From Octopus vulgaris (taxonomy: Eukaryota), in assembly GCA_951406725.2 (NCBI GenBank), contig OX597818.1, positions 93,062,001 to 93,126,000 of the forward strand: a DNA stretch of 64,000 bases, in the 5' to 3' direction. The notes beneath the pieces were generated by a model. It ran no database searches and was not told where the DNA came from. It saw only the letters and a program-made list of their open reading frames with translations. Within the stretch, counting starts at the first letter, position 1; every line of letters starts with the position of its first letter. Shown one piece after another: positions 14,276 to 28,200 of the stretch. The position numbers were made by a program, and so were the translations under genes.

Positions 14276-14519
14276 TCTAGAATTCTGCCAAAAGAGGTTG
14301 TCGTATTTATGGCCTTAAAAACTCAGATCGTCTTTGTTTTAGCTATTACAATCTCGTTTTATTATTTTTTGTAACTCTGTTGTAATGTATCTCGGACTAC
14401 ATTAACCAATGTTTCTTGTTTTTTAGAGTGATTTTGATGAAAACTTTACTGTTTATTGTGACGAATTGAGATCAAATATTTATTTATAAATCGTGCTTAA
14501 TGGTAATTGATGTAAAAGA

Positions 14520-15052
14520 TGTATATTGGACGAACACGAAAACAAAAATTTGCGCCAACGAACCGATTATAAAGAAATTTGCGGGGAATTTTTTTCCGAA
14601 GGAGTGGGGAGAGGACTTTCGAAGAGAAAGAAAGTCATAAATTATTTTTTTGTTTGTGTGTAATGAAATAAAGTTTGAAAGTAAAATTTTTAGATTCATT
14701 TATTTTTCGTTTGAGTAACAGAAAATGTTTTAGAAAAGATCACACGTATCATGGTGAGAGAAACAAATTTCATAAAAAGAGTGTTGAATATGGTTTCCCT
14801 AAGGAAAAAAAGTTAAGAGCGATTTAGCAGTTGTTGTTAGCACAACTCACGACCATCTGATACCTTACTTGTTTGTTTAATATTTTCGGTTAATTACTAC
14901 AAGTTTTCTCGGTCACCAATAAGCAAGTTAACAAGCCTAATGGGGATAGAAAGAAAGTCTTCTCCTCACCCCTTCGGAAAAACTTTTTCTCCACAAATTT
15001 CTTTATAATCGGTTCGTTGACGCTAACTTTTGTTCTTATATTCGTTTAATAC
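14520..15052. mobile_element. MITE with ~100-bp imperfect terminal inverted repeats
   Basis: CAACGAACCGATTATAAAGAAATTTG...TTCCGAAGG (14540-14620) is mirrored by CCTTCGGAAAA...CAAATTTCTTTATAATCGGTTCGTTG (14953-15037). Confidence 0.8.
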
Positions 15053-16122
15053 ACTTTTTTTTTACACCTAGTACACTACCTGTTTGTTTGTTTTTTTGTT
15101 TTTGTGGCCGGATGTTGAAGTAAACATTAACCGCGCTTAATCCTCTGGACAATTCTCCTCCCTGAATAGCAGCTTGCGTAAAATTCAAATCAATTATAAC
15201 CCAACTCATCATATTTAACAAGAACACAACCCACACATCTTATTACTCGGCGAAACACAGATTTATTACCTTTATCTTTAGCCCATCTGTGTTTGTACAT
15301 ACACAGATTTCCCTATTCCACTCTTCCTGCCATTCACCTCTCTATAATCATGGTCGTTAGAGCTTCGGGCAGAATCTTATATTTGGAGATGGTAAAGAGC
15401 TCTTCTACTCTAGGTACAAGGCCTGAAATTTTGGGGAGCGGGGTTGTGGATTAGATCGACGCCAGTACGCAACTGGTACTTAATTTATCGACCTCCAAAG
15501 GATGAAAGGCAAAGTCGACCTCGACGGAATTTGGATTCAGAACGTAGCGCTATGCATTCCAAACCTCTTTCTCCTAGTTCAAATCCCGCCGACGTCAATT
15601 TTACTAACATCATTTCGGGGTCGATAAAAAATCCAAGTAGGTATTTTAGCTAAACTGTAAAGACATCAGACAGAATGACTTGCGGCATTTGTTCCAACTT
15701 TATGTTTTGAGTTCAAATTCCGCCCAGTTTAACACCCGTCGCCTGGTTTAGCACCACCACCAGGTACCTTTGTTACCTTTAGTGAAAGTTATTCTGTTGC
15801 AAGCATATGGGTCAGGTTTCTATTTAGATGATATCTTCCACTTTTCTTCTCACCAATCTCAGATGCCCTTATAACAGGTCATGTGTATTGCCTTCCTTCC
15901 TTCCTACAAAAAATAAAAATCAGCGACAAAGACTTTCATCTATTTTGTCTCTACGCCTTCCTACTGTTCTCATTACCAACTCATATTTCTGACTTATGCA
16001 CAAACTTAATCTCCAAAGACTCTTTAGTTTCTTTACCATCTCCAAATATAAGCTTTACCAAACTACCACCATTTCCGTGCTCATAAAATCGTACTTCCAT
16101 TTATGCTCGTCTCTAAGGGGGG

Positions 16123-16139
16123 TGCACCAGATGGCGCTG
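16123..16139 (+). promoter_or_regulatory. CTCF-like motif
   Basis: TGCACCAGATGGCGCTG matches the CTCF core CCASYAGRKGGCRS closely. It may derive from a LINE relic. Confidence 0.35.
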
Positions 16140-16430
16140 ACCCTTCACTATTCAGTGGTGTACTCTCAGATTTACGGTGATACACTTATTTCGAAACTCC
16201 ACTTTAGCATAATTACACATTAATACCCAGCCAGGCACCGAAGTCTGACGACAGGCTTGCTTCCACTGCTTGATCAAGACTAACTTACCACGCACCCATA
16301 AAATGTACAACAGCACTTCTGAACTTTGTGGTACTTCAAGTCAACTAAATGGTTGTGTATCCGCTAGCTTTATTCTATCTCTGATAGCAAATGTGTTTGC
16401 AGTGACGGTTCGTGTATAGGCACTGCGAAA

Positions 16431-16448
16431 CTGCAGCGCCCCCTGTTT
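16431..16448 (-). promoter_or_regulatory. CTCF-like motif (convergent with 16123)
   Basis: Minus strand reads AAACAGGGGGCGCTGCAG. Confidence 0.35.
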
Positions 16449-17481
16449 CCACTCGATATTATCGATAACATTCAATATAATGAGTCCTCTTCTCTTTAAT
16501 TCTTTCTTTATACTTGTACATTATAAAATATTAAAACTTAATGTTGTTATGTAATCATCACAACAAACATGAACAATCAACGTTGCCCATTGTCTCCCTT
16601 GATACAAGGACATTCAGCAAGTTTCCCGCCACAACAAATACCTTGTACAACAACGGCAGTCTAATAAAGTATCTGGTATCGTTAACACGTTTTTTCAGTC
16701 TCTCTCATTTTCTTAATCTTTCATGCTAAGTACTCACTACTTCCTTTAATACTCAATACATTATATATATATATATAACAACAACAAATGTCAGTAGCCA
16801 TGCCCTAGTTTATGAAAGAAATATAAAAAATCCTTGTAGAGAACTGTGCGTTTCACAGTTCCAGCGACGCGGTGTTTGGCTGCTGTCCGCATACTCACAT
16901 GTTCGAGTTTGGAAGCTCTTGCTAGGGAAAGAGAGCTATGTCGTTGGTGTGCTGGTGAAAGATGGTGTTTCTTTTTATCACCGCGTGTGTTGTGCTTAAA
17001 AGCGTGTTTATATTCTTGAATGTGATAACGTGTAGAATTAGATTATTTTCCTGCTTCCACTGTTGCCGCCAGGATTTGAAAAATAGGGCAGATTCGCCAC
17101 CCCTTATTTTGTAATTTAGGAGGGATTTTTGAAAAACAAGGGGGAATTCGCGGCGGTGTTCAGTGAACAAATTAAACACACTACCAGGCAGTGGTTAAAA
17201 CGCGAACCGATCGAGTTTATGTATAAATCTTCTTTTTATATGTTTGTTTCCTTTTACACAATATTAAACAACGGCTAAACATTTTCTGAAGCAGCACCCC
17301 CCACTAATCTTATCTACGAGCCGCCACAGTTCATCGCTGACATATCTAAGACACCTACGTAATTGAAACCATCCTATTAATTAGTAACGTGGCATAGTGT
17401 TTGGTCGTCTTTCCATTAAACGTAACAATCACAGCAAGCACTCACACACATACACACACACATACATGCGCACACACACAG

Positions 17482-17522
<41 letters not shown>

Positions 17523-17579
17523 GTGGCCACCCTGTATGGTCCGGATAATTCCGACTACGCTACCCTTTATTAGACAAGT

Positions 17580-17802
17580 TCTCTTTTACTCTTTCACTTG
17601 TTTAAGTCATTTGACTGTGGCCATGCTGGAGCACCGCCTTAAGTCGAGCAAATCGACCCCAGAACTTATTCTTTGTGAGCCTAGTATTTATTCTATCGGT
17701 CTCTTTTGCCAAACCGTTAATTTATGGGGACGTAACCACACCAGCATCGGTTGTCAAGCGATGTTGGGGGGGGGACAAACACAGACACACATATATATAC
17801 AC

Positions 17803-17839
<37 letters not shown>

Positions 17840-18067
17840 CATACATACATGCATGCATACATACATACATACATACATACATACATACATACATACATAC
17901 ATACATACATACATACATACATACATACATACATACATACGACGGGCCCCTTTCAGTTTCCGTCGGCCGAGGCTATAGTAGAAGACACTTGCCCAAGGTG
18001 CCACACAGTGGGACTGAACCCGGAACCATGTGGTTCGTAAGCAAGTTACTTACCACACAGCCACTCC
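17580..18067 (-). mobile_element. SINE family A with expanded (CATA)n
   Basis: Reverse-complement match to 502-897. Confidence 0.85.
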
Positions 18068-18290
18068 AACGTTCGTTCACATTTTTTAACACAACCAGAA
18101 CCGACAACTCAAAATCTTCCACGTGATTCTGATACCGAGCCACACTACAACTGCATAAGCAAAGAACACGGCCCACAACTCATGGAAAAACACACCGACC
18201 CTTACCAACTAGACGATATTCTTCGTGTAGCAGTAGCTCCTATGATTATCATTCGTATGGCAAAAGTTGCTTCCCTTCACCGCACACCAT

Positions 18291-18707
18291 ACCTATTTCT
18301 TTACTACCCACAAGGGGCTAAACACAGAGAGGACAAATAAGGACAGGCAAACGGTTTAAGTTGATTATATCGACCCCAGTGCGTAACTGGTACTTATTTA
18401 ATCGACCCCAAAATGATGAAAGGCAAAGTCGACCTCGGCTGAATTGGAGCTCAGAACCTAGCGGCAGACGAAATACCTATTTCTTTACTAACCACAAGGG
18501 GCTAAACACAGAGAGGACAAACAAGGACAGACAAACGGTTTAAGTTGATTATATCGACCCCAGTGCGTAACTGGTACTTATTTAATCGACCCCAAAATGA
18601 TGAAAGGCAAAGTCGACCTCGCCGGAATTTGAACTCAGACGTAGTGGCAGACGAAATACTGCTAAGTATTTCGCCCGGCGTGCTAACGTTTCTGCCAGCT
18701 CGCCGCC
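18291..18707 (-). mobile_element. SINE family B with ~184-bp internal tandem duplication
   Basis: Two near-identical units beginning ACCTATTTCTTTACTA.CCACAAGGGGCTAAACACAGAG. Confidence 0.9.
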
Positions 18708-18949
18708 TTCCTGCACACCATACCAGTAGCGTAAATAGAATGTATGCCGCTTGGGACAGACCTTAAGTTGGCTATACCCCTCTCCGTCTGGATTCCCTAA
18801 GCCTATACAGGCTCATACAGTAGATCTATAACTGCAGCTCCTGTAAAAGTTTCGCCTGGCGCGGACCGCCCACTTAGCTACACTACTGCATCTTGTAAAC
18901 ACTCCCAATTTCCCGAAATGATCCTTTGCTGAGAGGATTCCCTCTGACT

Positions 18950-19100
18950 CTGTGGAATCCTTCTACCCACTACTTTTCAACAATGACGGCGCAGTAAGCA
19001 ATACTTCTATAGAGAAATCTTCCGCTTTTGCTACGTTTTGCGTCAAACTCAAAATACATTAATTCTTCCTCAAACGTCATCGAAACCTTCCATATTCCAC

Positions 19101-19179
<79 letters not shown>

Positions 19180-20330
19180 TAAATGTTGTGCCTGCGTGTT
19201 GTCCAATTGTTTCATGTTAACGAAGCCACCAGTATTATTTCTGTTAACCTCAAACTGTACGTTCCAGAACTAGCCATTGTCCTTGCCAAATTCTTCAGTT
19301 CCTCTCTAAACGCTTCTGTCCCATTATTAAGAAACATGCTATCCTGTATCATATCCCAAGAGAGACAACGTTTCTGATATTGCCGACTTCTGACTCATCT
19401 CTGTTTTTCGACATCAGTGGCAGACGCCATTAGAAAAACTCATATATATATTTGCAAAGAAGCCTTCACTTTCATCGCGACCTGGCGGTTACCGCCCGTT
19501 GACGAGGGACAACAATCCCGAAACTAGTTCGAGCGTATCACTCAGGCTTGCGAGGAAGGGATGGCCTCCCTTTGCAAATACTCCAAGGACACTGATATTG
19601 TGTCTAAAGCCAGCTAGAGACGAAGATCTCTTGGGGCTATAAAGCTACAGTAACACCCCCTCCCCAATGTGGTTAGCCATGATAAGATGGCTTCTATACT
19701 TTACATTATCGAGCGATTACTGTTTCAATCTCATTCTGAGATTTAATTATCCTTCTTTTACTTTCGACATCTCAAAAATTATGAAAACTGCAGTTAACAA
19801 TCATCTCCAAAACTGAGTGTGTATTCCTCCTCCACGACTTCCAGTACTATTTACGTAAAGCTAGACCTACACGGCACTTACGTCACACACTATGGTCTCG
19901 TACTCTTAAATTGTTCACTTAAAACAATGTCGTAGTATATGTTAACCGTGTCTCGTATGATAACTTCCAAAACTAAGCCACCCACTGCTGGGCTTCCTGT
20001 CTGTTCACACTATCACAGCGTGTGTTGGTAGGACACTCTCGGATGTACACCTTAGTTATATCAATAAACTAAAAAGGTGGACTATGTCTCCCACGCTCTT
20101 CCTCTGCTTTCTACCACTTCCTACAGAAATGATCTTTCTGCTACTTCCTACAGAAATGATCTGCTTTCAGCCACTTCCTACAAAGCATACTATTATCTAG
20201 ATATTGTTCCTCTTTATGCTTCCTGAATTTACCGCGCACTGACGTCACATACACGCAACCTAAACATCACACACCAAGAATGCACTGCAACCAAAGAGAT
20301 ATTTTAAAATATCCGAGAATGGAAACAAAA
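18950..20330 (+). mobile_element. heavily decayed LINE (L2/Jockey/CR1-like RT region)
   Basis: Residual peptides such as LKLYVPELAIVLAKFF (19183 ORF) and ISKIMKTAVNNHL (about 19770) resemble the N-terminal part of an RT. Confidence 0.5.
19493..19535 (+). ncRNA. minimal type I hammerhead-like motif (variant core)
   Basis: cgcccg-UUGACGA-GGGA caacaa UCCC-GAAA-CUAG-UU-cgagcg. Perfect 4-bp stem II, palindromic ACUAGU stem III, stem I 5/6 bp. C3U core change. Confidence 0.55.
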
Positions 20331-20645
20331 TAATCAAGTCTCTTTCAGCAATGCGAATACATTAATTTCACTATACATAACAAGGAAATTATATAGTACC
20401 TCATCACCACATGGACAAATCGCAATTAAAAGCCTCAAAATCGCTTTAACTTCTAGACTTCACAATTTCTGTGAAACTTTCCAAATGACCCAAAGTCCTT
20501 TCCTTGAGGACGGAAAAACTTTTGGCTCTAACAATTGTGAACTCCCTACATAACTCAAGCGAGACTCACAATGAAGTGTTGCTTTCACATCTAAGATGCA
20601 GCTGATGCTACACTCAAAAATATTCAAGACTGTATCCAAAATATA

Positions 20646-21040
20646 TCTTTATATATAAAGCTGAAGTTGTCTGTGTGTGTGGCATGTTTGGTAGCCTTCA
20701 ACTAACACTATCTCCTCCGAGACCCTGCGGTGCAAGTTGACCAAAATTGAGAGTATGATAGAAGGCTTGCTCTTCATTCTGAAGAAGAAAAAATTCAAAT
20801 CGGATCATGTTAACACCAAAAATTATTTACATCAAAAAGGTGCTTTCTTTCTATGAAAGTCCCTATTTTTTAAGATTTTTTGACAGCTGTGTCGCCAGTT
20901 TTCGGTGTATTTCAACCAGAAAAATGTTCACTTAAAGAGAATAACAAGATACATAAGGCAAAATTTTTACTTTTCAAAAATTCCAATTCAAAAGGGTCGA
21001 AAAGAAAATAAACCCGAGCAACGCCGGCCTATACTGCTAG
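20646..21040 (+). mobile_element. complete non-autonomous Helitron
   Basis: A|TC 5' end (TCTTTATATATAAAG), subterminal hairpin CCGAGCAACGCCGG, 3' CTAG|T. Partial reverse copy at 39485-39632. Confidence 0.85.
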
Positions 21041-21059
21041 TATATATATAAATATACAA

Positions 21060-21352
21060 TCGTGTTGATTCGTTGTCTTTCTCTTTGCCTACGTAAAAAA
21101 GTGTGTTACTGTCGTGGAGATTCTTATAGTAGTAGAAAAGGAATTTTTAGCTCCTATTTCTAAATTCGATATGTGGTGAAGCAATTAGCTGACTCCTAAT
21201 TATAATTATGTTTATAATTATAGAATATTTGTATAATATTACATATAAAGGTTATTTTAACGTACCGAGCTACTTGGTAAAATTATCAATTAATTGATTG
21301 ATTAATTAATTAATTTGATTAATTAATTTTACCCTTTTATTATTAATTTGAA

Positions 21353-21356
<4 letters not shown>
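21060..21356. repeat. AT-rich dispersed repeat inserted in (TA)n, related to 57146-57340
   Basis: CCACATA...TAGAAATAG.AGC.AAAAA is shared with 57170-57210 in the opposite orientation. Confidence 0.5.
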
Positions 21357-21392
<36 letters not shown>

Positions 21393-21789
21393 AGCTGATT
21401 ATCAAGAACTCACCAACACAGTTTAATCTCAATGTTACGGATGTCCTGTCTCCTCGCCCTGCCTGTTTTATACAACAGCTTATATCTCTTGAGACGAGCT
21501 AGTTGCATAACATATATCCAAGCCCAATTAGCACACCAGTCACTCCCCATCCACCACAACTACTATATCTCATTACTCCAGCACAGCACTAATCATTGCG
21601 CCAGATCTTTCCTTTCCAGAATGTCATCCCTGGAATTCTTTTTCCTGTGCCTGTTCCCACCACCACCACCACATATACACTCTTTTTTCTACACAAGTTA
21701 AGCATAAACCTCATCTATTTCACCATCCTCGAAATGTTTGCAGAAGTCTCTCGTGTAGCCCTTTCTTCCTGACTAAAGTATAAAAATAT

Positions 21790-22268
21790 GGAATCTCTTC
21801 AGTTTGGCTCACAGATTTATTATTATTATTATTTTTTTAAACTAAACAGCTTGAAACTTCGTATACTGGTGTAATTTCTCCAGCTGAATGCGGTTTACCT
21901 CCAACGTTTTTGACAAAATTTCGTATTTTACAAGTTATTTCGTGGTAAAGTTGTCGTATTTGGGTAATTTTAACCAACCAACGACGTGTATTCAGCCAAA
22001 GAAACTTATTGCTGTTTGCGATAGTAATCGAAGAGCAACAATTTCCGGGTCATCTCTACTACTTCAACTGAATACACGTCGTTGAATGGTTAAAATTACT
22101 CAAATACAACTTTAACACGAAATAACTTCTAAAATACGAAATTTTCTAAAAAATGTTGAGAGTAAACCGTGTTCAGCGTGAGAAATTACACCAGTATATG
22201 AAGTTTCAAACTGTTATAAAAAAAAAATGAAATAAAATTTTAAAATCTAAGCCAAACTGAAAAGATCC
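21790..22268. mobile_element. foldback MITE (~205-bp imperfect inverted arms, ~70-bp spacer)
   Basis: TTCAGTTTGGCT...TTGAAACTTCGTATACTGGTGTAATTTCTC...CAACGACGTGTATTCAG is mirrored by CTGAATACACGTCGTTG...GAGAAATTACACCAGTATATGAAGTTTCAA...AGCCAAACTGAA. Confidence 0.85.
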
Positions 22269-23418
22269 AAAATATGTCCTACCTTATTTCAAGATCATTC
22301 CGGGGAAGGCAATGCGCTGGAACAGTTTCCCATTCTGTACGCTAAGCCCATTCATGGAATCGAGTTCAGAACTACAAGCAAACTAAACATCATAAGATAT
22401 ATTGTGTTTCTCTCAGTGTTGACTATAATGTGACCCAGTAGGGTATGGAAAAAGGAGGATATATGACACAATAAGAGTTATCTTTAAAATAGAGAGGGCG
22501 AAAGAGCAAGCTCAAACTGTATGTGACACACCTTCTACAAGCTCGTCCCGCAATATTTGGGAAGAATGAACATAAGTGTTAACGTCAAGGACATTAGCAA
22601 TGATGTCGACCTCGGGTGAGGAACCACCTTTGTGGCACAATACGAGTAGGTGGTCGACTAAGACCATCATGAACTTATAAATCCTCGTGACTCCGTAAGA
22701 CCAGAAAACAATACCAGAAGGTACCAAGAGGAAGAATTTAAAACTTAGCAGCCAACATAGACAGCCAAACGACAACAAGACCAGCTTAAAGGTTTTCTTC
22801 AAAGAAAAATAAAAGGCCCCGACAACGATATAAAACTACCAAAATATACGAGGAGTTAGTACACCTCCTGTGACAAGGAGACTCTTTCTCTGTGACGGAA
22901 GTACTAATTGTAGTGGAAAGAAGCCCATATCCTGTAAAGAAGAGCCAGCTTCCTCAACGAAAGAAATGAAATTCACAATTCCTCGTAAGATAAAAAAGCT
23001 TTTATAAGGCACTTACACAATAAACACAAGGAATATACAGATGTATTACGAGACGGAAAAGAAATTGTATCACATTTTAAACAGCATAAAAAGACAGAAT
23101 ATTAGCACAAATTTCGGATAGACATTCATTGCTATTATAAGTCAAGGACTCAGAAGATGTGGACTGGCACACGGGAAAACCGGAAACCTGCAGCTTTGAA
23201 CAATACTGGAAGGAAGTGGGTATGAACAAGACCGGAAACGTAAGTTGTACTGATCAATGCAAGAGTGTTTATTTTAATATTTAATATTTAAGTTTATTTT
23301 AATAAAGAGATCGTTTTATTATTATTATTATTATTATAGTGTTTTATCATACTCTTTATTTATTCCAAGTAAATAATTGTCGGAATAATTTTTTAAACTT
23401 ATATAGTGTGGAAAACGT

Positions 23419-23664
23419 GGAGGCGCGTGGTTTAGTGGTTAGGGTGTCAGCACCATGATCGTAAGATTGTGGTTTCGATTCCTGGACCGGGCGACGCGTT
23501 GTGTTCTGTTGCTCCAGTTCACTCAGCTGGCAAAAATGAGTAACGCTGCGATGGACTGGCGTCCCGTCCAGCTGGGGAACACATACGCCATAGAAACCGG
23601 GAAACCGGGTTAATGAGCCTGGCTAGGCGTTACAAGGGCACATTTATTTATTTATTTATTTATA
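23419..23664 (+). mobile_element. tRNA-derived SINE family C, (TTTA)n tail
   Basis: GGAGGCGCGTGG.TTAGTGGTTAGG...GGTTTCGATTCC head. Second copy at 42452-42704. Confidence 0.85.
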
Positions 23665-24256
23665 TTGGATAACGTCTTTACCCTACCCACCCCTGCTTTG
23701 TATAACTTTTCTGTTCCAGTTCAAACATTTTTGTAAGCCCCTGTTCAATGTTTCTTCGAGCCATTGCAGCTTCGAGAAATTGTTGTTGTTGTTATTCATG
23801 ATTTGAGAAATACATCAAGAGTTTCCTACTTTTTGAAACAAGAATCAGGTACATATCATAAAATATGCATAAAATATGTCGAAATGTTTGTAAAAACCTT
23901 CAGAATATTTTACAAGCCCTAGTTTTTTCAATTCGCTGTAACATTCCTGTATCTATCCTAATAAGTAATCTGTCAATATATCTTTACAGAGGTACTTGTG
24001 TTTGATAGACACGTGACTTAACTGCCATAAGGCTTTTAATTCAACATACCATAAGTTTTTAATTCAACATTTCCACCGGCGCAGGCATGACTGCGTGGTT
24101 AAGAAGCTCGCTTTGCAACTAGTTACTTTCTAGCTTAGTCTCACAGTGCAAGTATATATACATACTTCAAGTATAGACCAATGTATTCTACTATAGCCCG
24201 GAGCCGATTAACGCCGAATTAATGAATTTGGTAGACGGAAACTGTGCGGAAGTGTA

Positions 24257-24320
<64 letters not shown>

Positions 24321-25688
24321 TATGTTTCAGCGGTTTAGAGTCCATTGTCAGAAGAAAGGGTAATCAATACTATTGCTCTGGAACTCTGAAGTTTCGCTTG
24401 TATCATAACTTACCTGATGGCTCTGTGAATATAAAAGGCAAAACTCCAGGAGTCCAAGGTTGTAAAAGATTGAATCTTGTGCATGTGAGTGAGCGTGTAT
24501 TTGTGTTTGTGATTGTCAAACCCCACAGTGAAGTAAACCATCCAACACCAGTTGGATGGTTTGTTTCCTTGTGACTTAGTGGTTCGATAAACGGGTTCCG
24601 ATAGAATAAGTACCAGACTTAAAAATAAAAAAAAAAGATACTGGGGTCGATTTGTTCGACTAAAAGCCTTCAAGGCGGTACCCCAACATGGTCGCAGCCC
24701 AATGACTGAAACGGGTAAAAGATAAAAGATATTACAATATAAAGACCCTGAAAATGAGAGATGTCAAGCGTTTAATCTAACCACGAATAAATAAGGTATC
24801 AAAGGAATAGAGGTTTGTAGTCTATTTTTAGCCCTATACTGTACCTTAACTTTCAATGGCCCAGTGCAACTAACAAAACAAAAAGCAGTGTTACATGCAG
24901 TATCAGCAAAATAAAATTTACGAGTGTCATGGTAATTTCCAGCACTGAGATAGTTCTATTCCTACTCTTAATTTCAGCGCTACAATCAAAGATTGGACAG
25001 GAAAAGGAATTCGTGAAAGTAATGAGTAAGCATTACTTTGTATTATTAATACAAAATATTATACACCACTAATCTAATGTCAGTCGTACGATTGGAGAAA
25101 GTAAATCGTGAGCAGAATTCAAATGACTTAAGTTGCATAACTGCGTGCCATAATAAAATTCGTCTTTAAATTCCTACTCTGGATATAATCATATAAAGCT
25201 GATCATGAGAGAAGCATACATTGATCTTTAGCCTGATGCCAAACCTCAAAAGCATTTAGCCTTCTACTTTGTGAGTTATAAGACCAGAGAATAGTTTGAA
25301 AGAAAATTCATGCATTTTTCTTCATTCTCCCACACTATATTTTTCTCTCCCTCTTTCTTTCATATCTCTGACTCTGTTCGGAGATGCAGCGAACACATTT
25401 TCTGCCTCTTTGCGACGCACTTTCTTTTCCTTATTTCTCTTCCCTTTTCACATCAATGAAAGAGAGATAGAACTAAAAGACTTACGAGCACTTACATACC
25501 ATGAGTAATATTGTGAGGTTGTCATTGTTTTTCAACCAATGCCAACCGTCTTTTATTTAGGAATAAAGAGAAGGAAAGTAGCAAGTATGTAAATCGAAGA
25601 AAACATCACACACATATATATATGAGGAAACTAATGTGTAAAGTACTTATCAGCCCGCGTATACACATGTCAGCACGCCCATATGTGC

Positions 25689-25724
<36 letters not shown>

Positions 25725-25821
25725 ATCTGTGTACCCCACACACAAACATATATATACACATACATACACACATATATACTTATACTGTGTGTCAGATATG
25801 TGTGTGTCTCTCTCTTGATAT

Positions 25822-26368
25822 ATATTATATAAAATCCGTTCTGTCTGTGTGTCTTCTAGGATTTCGGGCATCTTCCATCCGATTGCGCTCAAATTTGATA
25901 TGTAGATACCGACGGTATCAGGGGTGTATAAGTCTTGAAAAATTACAAAAATCGATTCCAGGTGAGAATGCGATCGATAAAGCCATTTGTGTCCTGCTTT
26001 TCTTCCGTCAACCTGTACATAACTGCACCTTCCATTTTTTGTTGTTTTTGTACTGCTTAAAAGCACGTTTCTTTCCTGCCAAGCTTACTATTTAAACCAT
26101 GTTTGTGTTCTCCCAGTCAACAGCCTTATCATTACTGGTACTTTAAACTCTTCGGTTGCATATTTGTGTGAATAAAATCGTTTTTCTTTGGAATAGAAAA
26201 AAAGTCTATCTTTATTTCTTCTTTTGCTGGTATCTCAAATTTAGGTTAAATCAGTGTTTCTCAAAGGGGAGGCCTATGGAACGTCAGACAAGTTGTTTTG
26301 AGAAAATTTGGTTTAAATGTATGACAACTCAGCACCGTCCATTGGACGGAGGGCGTTTTGCTCGTATA
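25822..26368 (+). mobile_element. second Helitron-like family, interrupted copy
   Basis: TATTATATAAAATCCGTT...CCGATTGCGCTCAAATTTG (25822-25985) and 26232-26368 match 42712-43099 on the minus strand, whose 5' end is A|TCTATTATATAAAA. Confidence 0.6.
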
Positions 26369-28150
26369 TATATGTATCTGTCACAATTTTTTACTTGGTC
26401 TCTCTCTCTCTTCGTCCTCCTCTCTTTCTTCCTTAATGTGCGTTATGCACCTTTTGGATTCGTTTCTGGGAACATATCCAGAGACTTAACGCATATTGAT
26501 AGAGAGATTACACACCACTATGCCGCACTACAACATGATACCTCTGTACTATATTATACACAACTGCACTAAACAATATCATACTGAGGGAGCCTCTGCA
26601 TGGACACTCGATCTACAGAAAATAGCGGCTAAATCTTCAAATTGCTTTCAGCTACCTTGAAAATGCAAGGATACGTTGGACAATGTAGTCTTAAGAAAGC
26701 TGGAACTTCTTTGGACATCGATGTACTCGATTGATAGATAGTAGCTAAATCTTTAAATTACATCTTTAACATAAAAAGAAATTGAAGGAACCTTAGAAAT
26801 ACAAGCCATCCTCAACTTACGTCAGTGATTGGTTCCAATTCATGCGACTTAACACGAAAAAAACGACGCAACATGAAAACACATTTTAAAAACTTTATTC
26901 GTGTATGTTTCAATATATGGTTCGTACATATTTGCGCATGTATTTTATTTGATTTTTTCACTTCAGTATTGATATTTAGGTCTTTTATTATATAGGAGTT
27001 TTAATTGTTACTTATTTTTCGTTGTTATCCTGCTTTTGTACACGGACTTTTTTCAAATGGACAAAACCCTTTGTAACTTTCGTCCTGTGTTTTGTCCCTT
27101 TATGTTTTAATTGATTTTTGTTAGCCCTTGCGGCCAATAAACGAATTAATTATTATTATTATGAATTTTTATGCTTTTAATTATATTCGCGGAGACCGAC
27201 ATAAAGTAGGATAAATCGACTTAAGTTAAGTTTTTTTCTGTTTTTTTTTTCTCATTAATTTCTTTAAAAAATGGCATGAACTCGTCCTCTCTTCTTTTCT
27301 CTCACAGTTTCTCTACTTTCCTCTCACACGCCACACACACATATACGCCCCCTCTTCTCCTCTCCCCTTTCTCCTTCCCGTCTTTTTGTGTTTCCACTGG
27401 TATTCCATGACTTTTTCTTTCAATCTTTTTGGATTCCTCCTCCTCCTCCTCCTCCTCCTCCTCTCTCTCTCTCTCTCTCCCTCTCTTTCTCTCTGCTATT
27501 TCCCCCCTTTAATCTATCTCTTGTTTCTTTTTCTCTTTCTGCATTTCCCTCTCTTTATCCACTACTATCAATTTTTCCCTACTTTCTTCCTATCCCCCCC
27601 CCCCCTCACTTACACTTATTACTACTCGAATGAACAACTCGAAATGTCGGATATCTTCGCAACTAATATTACACCCAGACGATAACCTAGTACGCTTGAA
27701 TGTTCTGACCCGAACACAGAATTAATATCTGAATGATTTAATTACATTAGATGCTTTTTTTCTTCTTCTTCTAGTCTTTTAATAGTCACCAGCCATTTAT
27801 TAATCCGTCAAAGACTAAATGAAACTGAATTTCTGTTGACTGAATTTCGACTTTTTATATTAAATCTGAAGAAATGCATTAAGTGTATTATAATGTTTAC
27901 TCAGTTTTGTATAGTGAAGGAATGGATGGGTGGGTCAAATATTGTGAAAGATTTACAACCAAAGTAACGAAAAAGATTAACATGAGCAACTGTTGTGGAA
28001 TGAATTATTTTAAAATAACGATAAGGAGCCATTATGTTGTAAGTCATCTGTTAACTTCGCATTTGACGGCCCAGCACAGCAACTAAGTCTCTCACTCTAA
28101 AACTTTATTTATTTATTTATTTATTATCATCATCATCATCATCATCATCA

Positions 28151-28200
<50 letters not shown>

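Noticed and set aside
12926-14374. Hydrophobic 277-aa ORF suggesting a membrane protein
   Set aside because: It is a by-product of the CT-rich tract, which is open in several frames.
23419-23492. tRNA genes at SINE heads (also 41357, 42452, 502)
   Set aside because: A/B boxes continue into SINE bodies and tails, and the cloverleafs are imperfect.
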